A stretch of DNA of 64,000 nt, from assembly GCA_964016885.1 (NCBI GenBank), contig OZ024740.1:170066001-170130000 (forward strand). The letters are read 5' to 3'. This document shows, in pieces, positions 55,407 to 64,000 of the stretch. Each line of letters starts with the position of its first letter. Position 1 is the first letter of the stretch. Below the pieces are notes generated by a model. That model saw only the letters and a program-made list of their open reading frames with translations, was not told the DNA's origin and did no database searches. A program made the translations under genes and the position numbers. The DNA is from Eledone cirrhosa. Taxonomy: Eukaryota.

Positions 55407-55444
<38 letters not shown>

Positions 55445-55564
55445 CATATATACAGTATATACAGTATATATATATATATATATATTAATATATATACACA
55501 TACATATATATATATATACATATATATGTATATATACATATGTATATATACTTTCATATATATA

Positions 55565-55595
<31 letters not shown>

Positions 55596-55645
55596 AAGTA
55601 TTTATGTATGAAATATGTATGTATGCGTGTGTGTTTGTGTATGTC
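55316..55645. repeat. (TA)n/(TATG)n microsatellite field
   Basis: Direct. Confidence 0.9.
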
Positions 55646-56416
55646 TGCTTGTTGAAACATATATATGTATAATACATGTATAAACATTCTGACCCGAACC
55701 ACGGTCTAAGAATAACTGCCAGTAGTTGTTACTGCATAATTTATTTCTATCCGACCCGAAAATTGACTAAGTCAGAATGAAAGGACATTTAGGGCTTTCT
55801 TTTTGTATCAAACCACAATGACCCCTTTAAATCATATTTAATCTGAATCTAGTCCAAAGGGAAGTAGATATTCCATTGCTCTGATGTCACGTTTTATGTA
55901 TGAATGTATTTCCCAACATTTACAAGAGAATATATTTATAAATGTTGAACTAAACTTTTGTGTATAAACAAATATAATTACGTTGTCTTTAAAAGCTATC
56001 TCATGTTCCTTCACGTAAAGATAGCGATTGTTACCAATATGGTTGGATTAGACACTGTGACGTAGATTAGATAGTTTAATATTTTCTTTAAGGTAGCAAG
56101 ATCTTGATTAGTTCACGGTGTAGTCTTGCTTCATACTAGATAGAGGATTTTATAAACAGATCATTGCGCTAACGCTAAAAAGATTTTAAAATTAAATTAT
56201 AAAGTCTATTATTTCTAGATTGAAGTTATTGAAGTAATTATTGTTTCACTATACGTTATTAACATCTTTCATGAATATTTATTTATTGTTTTCATTATAA
56301 AATAGATGAAGGTGTAGGAATTCTAGCTTTTTGGTCACGTTTTCAGAAGATTGGCACATTTGAAATTCTATTCTTGGCAAAATTACGGATAGAAAAAAAA
56401 TAGAAAGAAAGAAAAA

Positions 56417-56466
<50 letters not shown>

Positions 56467-57375
56467 AAAAGAAAGAAGAAAGAAAGGAAGGGTGAAACCG
56501 AAAGCGAAACTCATAAAGACGAAAAGAGGGCGAGAAGTAGAACAAGGGAAAGATAATAAACAATTAATTTTATAGCAAATTTGGCAGAATGTTTCTTTGG
56601 CTTATTAATAAATATTATACAAGAGACAATGAAGTCACTGGGGGAAAGGAACTGTGCATTCTCACTGCGATTACTTATTAGCAAATATAGACAATATATT
56701 TAGGAGCAATATTAATTTTCTCATATAATGATATTTATATTTGTCTTTAAAATAACAGGAAATATCTGTGTGAAACTGTTCGACCTCCAGAGGCTCCGGC
56801 GACTGCCTGCTCGTGAAATGTCTGTGCAAATTATTAAACATCTGACAGCCACTTGAACCCTTAACGTAGTTCTGAGATATTTACAGCATGACAGTGTCTG
56901 ACATCATTAACTCTTTCAATCTACAGGTACAATACATTTTTGCTAACTGAGTTGACTTGAATAACGTGAAATAAAGTACCTTGCTCAATACACAAAGTAT
57001 ATGCGGCTTCAGATTACAATCCCTTACGATCATGAGTCAACACTCCTAACTTCTAAACAACACATGAAGGTGGACAACGTCATAGATATTTAAGATACAT
57101 ATTATACTGGTTTTTAATTTAGAAAAGACTAGTAATTTTTGAAGAATCAGAAAGTCTATTAAATAGATCCAGTATTCAATTGGTATTTTATTTATCGACC
57201 CCGCGAGTGGGAAATGCAAAGTCGATTGCAGCAGGATTTAGACCCAGAATACAAAGTGCCAGAACAAGTGCCGTGTGGTATTTCAGCCGATGCTCTGACG
57301 TTTGGGCTAATACAACTTGCTGTAGTCGTTGTTGTTATTGTTGTTGCTGTTCTTGTTGTACAAGTTTTTGTTTGT

Positions 57376-57477
57376 GTTGTTGTTGTTGTTGTTGTTGTTG
57401 TTCTTCTTCTTCTTCTTCTTCTTCTTCTTCTTCTTCTTCTTCTTCTTCTTCTTCTTCTTGAAAGAAGAAGAAGAAGA
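57376..57477. repeat. (GTT)n(CTT)n compound microsatellite followed by a short inverted (GAA)n
   Basis: Direct. Confidence 0.9.
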
Positions 57478-58092
57478 TTTAAAACTTAATCATGACGTGT
57501 GAGTATAAAAACTGCAATTAATTTTGCCAAGCGCTCTACAGATTTTTACCAAAAAATAAGAAAAACTAACTTACAACAGCATCACAATATATTCCTATAT
57601 GTTTCCGTTGTTGTTGATCTATCGGACATATGTCGCACCGATGATCAATTTCATTCAATCCCATTTTTTGTATTTTTACATTTTCCGATTTGTCCAAACA
57701 TATTTTTAAAGACGATTATTTGTGGGAGATATGGTTACTACTCTCAGTAATTCCTTTGACTGTAGAGAGGTTCCTCACATTGATACGTCAAAATGCGTAT
57801 CGTATAATCAAAATAATTACGAATGCGTTATTGCACGTTATTAGCCAGTAATAAATAGGACGAAATGAAGGAATTTGATACATTAGTACAAGGAAAATAG
57901 ATATGGCTGAAGTGGAAAATCGATAGAGCAGATAGATGAAGTTTCGGAAATGCAAGCCCGGTTCTTTGAAGATCATGAACGTTCCATTCCATCTCAATCC
58001 ACCGATTACCGTTCCTATTAACGAAGAGCTAAGAAGAATGTAGCTTAATCGCATTTAGAGAGGTTGGCATTAATGACGGATATTTTCCCCCG

Positions 58093-58159
<67 letters not shown>

Positions 58160-58161
<2 letters not shown>

Positions 58162-58352
58162 GAAGGAAGCGTGGAAAGGAACCAGGTGGACCATAACGCA
58201 CCAGAGTACTCGATACTTTGGGTAGTAGAATGGGTAATAGGAAAAGAGTCAGGACCCAGCCGGCAGAGCTCAAGCCGTTTCGACGGCTATTTCTGGACTC
58301 GAAATACCCGTCGAAACGGCTTGAGCTCTGCCGTCGGGGTCCTGACTCTTTT

Positions 58353-58356
<4 letters not shown>
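58160..58356. mobile_element. GC-rich fold-back hairpin element in (TA)n
   Basis: 53-bp arms 58241-58293 and 58301-58353 around a 7-nt loop. Confidence 0.8.
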
Positions 58357-58400
<44 letters not shown>

Positions 58401-58405
58401 AAAAG

Positions 58406-58453
<48 letters not shown>

Positions 58454-58604
58454 ATAGAAATGGCTGTGTAGTTGCTATTTAAGATAACTTATAATGCAGT
58501 GGGAATACGAAGGAAGCAAGAACGGGGTGGGGGGAGTTTTTCTCATCAGTTGTCTACTGGGGGTCTAGGATATTTCTACGCTTTATATATATATATAATT
58601 ATTT

Positions 58605-59260
58605 CTACTTTGGGCACAAGGCCAACAATTAGCTAGTGCATTACTGGTACTTTAATTTATCGACCCCGTAAGGATGAAAGGCAAATTTAAACTCGGCGGG
58701 ATTTGAACGCCGAATGGCAAGGGCCGTAACTCTATACTTCAAAGCATTGCGTCCGACCCTCTACCGAGACAGCCAATCCACCATATAATAAGTAGGAGTG
58801 AGGTGTCAAAATATCATTATTATCTTTATTCACAAGGCGGTGGAATGGCGATATCGGCAGAGCGTCAGACACCATGCTTTGTAGCATGAAGTTATGGCCA
58901 TTTCCGGTCTGAGTTCAAATCCCGCCGAGGTTGACTTTGCCTTTCATCTTTACGGGTCGATAAAATAAAGCACCAGTAACGTACTGGGGTCGATTTAATC
59001 AACTTTCCCCAGCCCCCAAATTACTGGCCTTGTGCCTATACTAGAAATCAGTACTGTTTATTTACAAGGGCGGTGTAATGACAGTATCAGCAGAGCGTTA
59101 GACACCATGCCTTGCAACATGGAGTTATGGCCCTTTACGTTCCGAGTTCAGATCCCACTGAGGTTAGATTTGCCTTTCATCCTTACGGGTTCGATAAAAT
59201 AAAGCAGCAGTAATGTATTAGGGTAATTACTGGACTTGTGCCAAAAGTAGAGACAATTAT
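58605..59260. mobile_element. Cluster of three tRNA-derived SINEs (minus 58605-58785; plus 58835-59050; plus 59068-59260)
   Basis: Each has A box, B box gagttcaaatccc and body gccgaggttgactttgcctttcatc...gtcgataaaataaagcaccagt. Confidence 0.82.
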
Positions 59261-59357
59261 GTTGATTCACGTGTGACGCGCGTTTCGTGATCGATCTTCT
59301 CATGGTACAATCAGTATCGATCGTGACTGACTCTGGAATCCATAGCACATCGGAGTC

Positions 59358-59441
<84 letters not shown>

Positions 59442-59444
<3 letters not shown>

Positions 59445-62130
59445 TAAAAAAAGAATGAAATAAAAACAAAGAACAGGTTCCTTATATTAAAAAACAATCT
59501 TCATTTTACGATCGTTACTGGGATATATATGTGTATGTTGGTATGTATATCATATTAAAGATATATGTAAAAAAATATTACAAATTATCAGAGGAGATAT
59601 ACATACCTTCACTTATATATGCCATCTTCAGAAATGATGAAGTGTGTTTATTGAAAGAAAGTATTAATACAAAAAGTCTGTTTGGGAACAGGTTTTGAAT
59701 TGACCAATTATAAAGTTAGAGGTCAAGTTGATAGAATAACCGTAGTAGAAACTTTATGCTAGGAGTGGAGGAATGTAAATTTATGCTTTGAATGAAAAGA
59801 ATGGGGAAGAGAAAGGTAGGGGTTAAAATGAGGTCAAGTTAATGAGATAGTGAAGGATTCCCCCAAAAAATTGATGTTATTAAAGAATGTTGTTAAAAGC
59901 ATAGGGAAAAGAATTTTTTGTGGGATGAGAGTGTTAGTGAGAAATACTACTCCTGTTTAAATTTTAAGGAACCTAGATACATAAAAGGAAATTAAATTAA
60001 TTGATAGGTATACTTACAGAGTTAAAATTATATTAATTCTTATGGATGTGATAAATAAAGAAGTAAAAAAAAAAATAAAAAATAAAAATATATATATATA
60101 TAAAGAAAGACTGAAATAGATAACATTTTATAAAAAGTAGTGTATCTAAACAACCATAATATTAAAGATATTAATTATATTTACTAATCCTAGGTATTGA
60201 ATGTGATAGATAGGGGATGCGGTTAAAAGAAGTAGTGAGGTTAAAGATAACTTTAGGTAAAGTGAGCTGCAAGAGGTAAATAAAATTATGAAATTCTTTG
60301 TAGTAAATATTTAATTATAGGTAAACTAAATTTAAAATGTTTTAAAGATTAATTATAATAATTTGTAAAATATAAGAGTGAGGTATATATTAATTAAGTT
60401 TATAGTATTTGAAGGTTTTTATAATTCTATGATTGCATGATATAATTAATTCCTGTCGCTTATTTAATAGGATATCATTAGATTTCATGATTTCAAATAG
60501 TTCTTGGGAGTATAACCTACACTCATATCTACTATTTTGATAAGGAGTGGCCCTTTTGAGTACGCTCCAGGTCAGGTTGTAATCAATATCCTTCTTTCTA
60601 TAATTATTAATTGCTTCAGCCAAGGAGGTTGTATTAGCTCATGCGGTATTTTTAAAACTATGTTTGTGGGTATTAAATCTTACTTTAAACTGGTTAGACG
60701 TAGCTCCTATATAGGAGTGAGTGGAGACCTTAGTGCTAACTACACATATATAGACTATATTATTAATAAGACCATTTCCCTTTAATGGGCAATTTCTTTT
60801 GATTCTACAGTTACAGCCATTCGTAAATATTGTGTCAGGAGAGTTAATTGTGTTATCTATAGTGGTATTAGTGTTACTATTTTCATTAATGTATGGTTTA
60901 GAATGGGTTGTAATTAGATTAGTATGGTTAGACAGGTTGTTGGTGGGTGATAGTTTAGGAGATGCGGAGCTGTTTGTTTTGGAGATTATTAGTCAAAGTT
61001 GGTGTGGAGTTTACGGGATCTATTATAGGTGAAGAAAAGGGGGGTTTGTTTAGGTTTACTTTAGTATTATTATGGTTGGTTTGATGTGTTGGTGGTATAT
61101 TTATGTTTCTTTTACACTTATATGTGTTGTACGCACTTATATTCCGTTCTATATTCTTGGTAGTGGAGTAGGAAAATTTGACAGTAGATCTATTTAAAAT
61201 TTGATGGTATTTATGGTTTGGTGGGAAATTTTTCTCTAGGATAGCAAAGAATTTTTTAGGGATATGGTCTTTAATCTGTAGATTAAATGGAGCATTATAC
61301 CAAGTAACTCGTCTATTACGGTTTCGACATTGTTTCTTATATTTATATGATGTATCTGGAGGTTTACTGAGAGAGTTACTATTAGTGATTTTATTATATA
61401 TAGGTTTAGTTAGATTAATTGATGTTTTAGTCTGATTACTAGAAATATTGTTAGTTATGTTGTTGATGTATGTAAGAGTTTTAGGGTGAATGGTTTTCTG
61501 AAAGTCATTATCTTTTATGTGAGAAGAGGTAGAGAAATTAAGTTTTGGGTTGGTGTTTTTAGGTGTAGTATGAGTGGCGTTTAGGTGTGGGTTTTTCATT
61601 TGGTGTTTGTTGGTAATATTAGGTTGTATGTTTGAAATATTATTGGTGCAAGTTATATAGAATAATTTGTTCTTATGGCCGCTTCTTGCTAAAGCTTTAT
61701 TATAAGAGGGTGAGTTTTTATCTAATACATCATCATGTGATGAAAGGTTAGAGATTCTGAATGAGATATTATATGCTAGGTTTTTAAGGATAGATTTAGG
61801 GTGATTAGATTGTGAGTGTATGTAATGCAAGTTTTGGTTAGGTTTATTGTAAGGTTGGTAGATACCTGTAGATAGGTCCGTAGTTATATCTAGGAAATTG
61901 ACTATTTTGCTGGTGTTTTCAAATGTAATAGTGAGATTATAATAGTCTTTGAGAAAAGTTCTAATAAGTTTTTTATTTCTTTCAATTTCCGATAGACTAA
62001 GATTAGTGGATAGAAGAAGACAGTCATCAGGATATAAACCACCTTTAAGGTGGGGAAAAGATGAATTAATGTTAATTAGAAGAAAAAGGCCCACAAGATC
62101 GGTAATTTGGGCAGAATCACTAGAGCCGAT
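59442..62130 (-). mobile_element. Penelope-like element (RT C-half, Asn/Thr-rich linker, GIY-YIG, 3' UTR with HHR, (TA)n)
   Basis: ORF 60955..62094 has GGLYPDDCL, VNFLDIT, YNKPN, SNHP, VTWYNAPF and FSYSTT, followed by GCNCRIK.NCPLKG.GL..NIVY...YIGATS...H...LA...WSVLK. Confidence 0.9.
59498..59640 (-). ncRNA. Type I hammerhead with long stem II and GUAA variant
   Basis: Minus strand: TCATCATTT-CTGAAGA-[TGG..ATATATA..GGTATGTATATC...GATATACATACC..TATATAT..CCA]-GTAA-CGATCG-TA-AAATGAAGA. Confidence 0.7.
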
Positions 62131-62274
62131 GTTGTGGGCGTTTTTCTTCTATTAACATTAATTCATCTCCAGGGCGGCCGACCGGGGTAGCAGCTGCTAA
62201 ATGCTCGGTCGCCCTCATGTCTATGATTTTCAGCCCCATGGATTTGTTTATTATATTCCGTTATTATATTTCGA

Positions 62275-62342
62275 ATACCTGATGATGTCACCGGATTCAT
62301 ACTGAACCCGGTCATTGAAATGATCATAGTATAATAAACCTT
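62275..62342 (+). ncRNA. Type I hammerhead ribozyme in an outward-facing PLE-type 3' end
   Basis: ATAC-CTGATGA-TG..ACCGG.TTCA tac TGAA.CCGGT.CA-GAAA-TGATCA-TA-GTAT, with (TA)n about 40 nt downstream. Confidence 0.85.
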
Positions 62343-62381
62343 TTAAGGAATTACACAAGTCCAACCTCTTGTTATTTTATA

Positions 62382-62567
<186 letters not shown>

Positions 62568-62821
62568 GTATTACATCAATTTATATAACATTCGTCTATT
62601 TACATGCTTTGCATTTAATCACTTGTCGATCGACTAATCAATAAGTATGTACTATGCATCTTACCATACTTGTCAGTTGCTGTATGATTTATGTCATGTG
62701 AATTAAGTAAACGTGAAGTATAAACCTATAATACACTAGTATACGGCATAAGGAGTAGGTTCAATATTTGCCACGTATCTTCATCCATCCATACATATAT
62801 ATGTATGTGCGTGTATGTGTG

Positions 62822-62895
<74 letters not shown>

Positions 62896-62896
62896 T

Positions 62897-63260
62897 GTAT
62901 GGCCATGTTACTGGGATGCATGATGAAAGACTGCCTAAAATTTTAACTTATGCCCAACTTCAAGCGGGAGTGCGAAATGTAAGAAGGCCCCTGTTTAGAT
63001 ATAAGAATAAACTGATGGATAATATCAAGTATATTGGAATACAAGCATCAACATTTGAGGAACGTACAAATGCCCATCATATTTGGAGGAAATCTGTCAA
63101 AATGGCATCAGAAGCCATGTCAACATGAAGGATTAAGCACCTAGAGGATCTACGGCAATGGGAAAGAAATGAAGTTTCTGTTCAACGATTTGTGTATGAG
63201 GAATGCGACTACGCTTGTGAAAGCTGGGCAGAATTAGACTCAAACTCTAAAATGTGGAGT
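62897..63260 (+). pseudogene. RTE-clade LINE 3' fragment
   Basis: [45 protein letters not shown]...FEE......WRKSV matches the RTE C-terminal pattern GHV.RM...RLPK...YGEL..G.R..G.P..R.KD.LK. Confidence 0.8.
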
Positions 63261-64000
63261 AACGGCAAAGTAAAATCTCTGAGCCCTTTTTTGTGGAAGA
63301 CCAGCAGTCGCCCATGCAAACCAGCCTCCCACTGAATTGAAAGCCCAATGCTCTAATCACTAAGCCATGCGCCTTCATATATATATATATATATATATAT
63401 ATTAGTACAGCATAGACGAAGCTCTATTATACAGCCAAGCTAGCGTGTATGCTTATTCTGTTTGTAGCTTTAGCACTCATATGAGGTAAGACCCCAGAGT
63501 ATAACATTATGTTCAGACAGCTTAGCAAATCAGATATAGCAGTCGGCAGTCCGACCGCATCACCAGAGCAACGAAAATACAGGACCCAGGTAAGGATTTT
63601 TTACTGACCTGGACATAACGCTGAGGCTGGGTGTAAACTATACAATCCACATGGTGTTTCCACAATATTGATCGCAAAATCGCACGCAGAGACAGCGCTA
63701 AGTTTCTGCAAATCCATGATCGACAAATTCCTATTGCAGGAGTCTGCAATATAATGGTTTTTGACGACAGAACATAGGATTTACTTCTTCAGCAAGTCTT
63801 TCGTTCTTAGCCAAAGAGGGTATGCTGTGACTTTAATGATCGCCACAGACACATGGTTTCGCCCGAAGGGGGGTAACCCCCGCTTAGGCGGTGTATTCTA
63901 ATTTGAGATAAAGGAATGAATCCCCTTATTCAAACCGAATAAAGCACTCGTCTAGAAGTTATCAAACAAACTTAAACAATTAATTAATCAATAGAATCAT

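Noticed and set aside
63420-63830. Possible minus-strand LINE endonuclease remnant
   Set aside because: Similarity too weak to support by eye.

Overview
AT-rich, microsatellite-dense eukaryotic intergenic or intronic DNA. The SINE families and repeat landscape resemble a coleoid cephalopod such as Octopus; this is inferred from recalled SINE sequence, not from a search. No intact host gene is supported, and most short ORFs are microsatellite or antisense artefacts. Almost everything is retroelement-derived. (1) At 2-16 kb, at least seven R4/Dong-like non-LTR retrotransposons with a restriction-like endonuclease (RLE) lie head-to-tail, separated by (TAA)n tracts; one is near-intact. (2) Many Penelope-like elements (PLEs; RT plus GIY-YIG) of several families sit in (TA)n tracts, often as inverted or fold-back structures. 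(3) tRNA-derived SINEs, CR1-like and RTE-like fragments and a hAT remnant fill the rest. The main signal the ORF track misses is about 14 minimal type I hammerhead ribozyme (HHR) motifs at PLE 3' ends. They include compensatory U3-A8 cores, other non-canonical cores and one with a stem II of about 105 nt. There is also a fixed-length 212-bp non-coding HHR element that forms near-perfect fold-back palindromes. HHR folds were read by eye and cleavage activity is untested.
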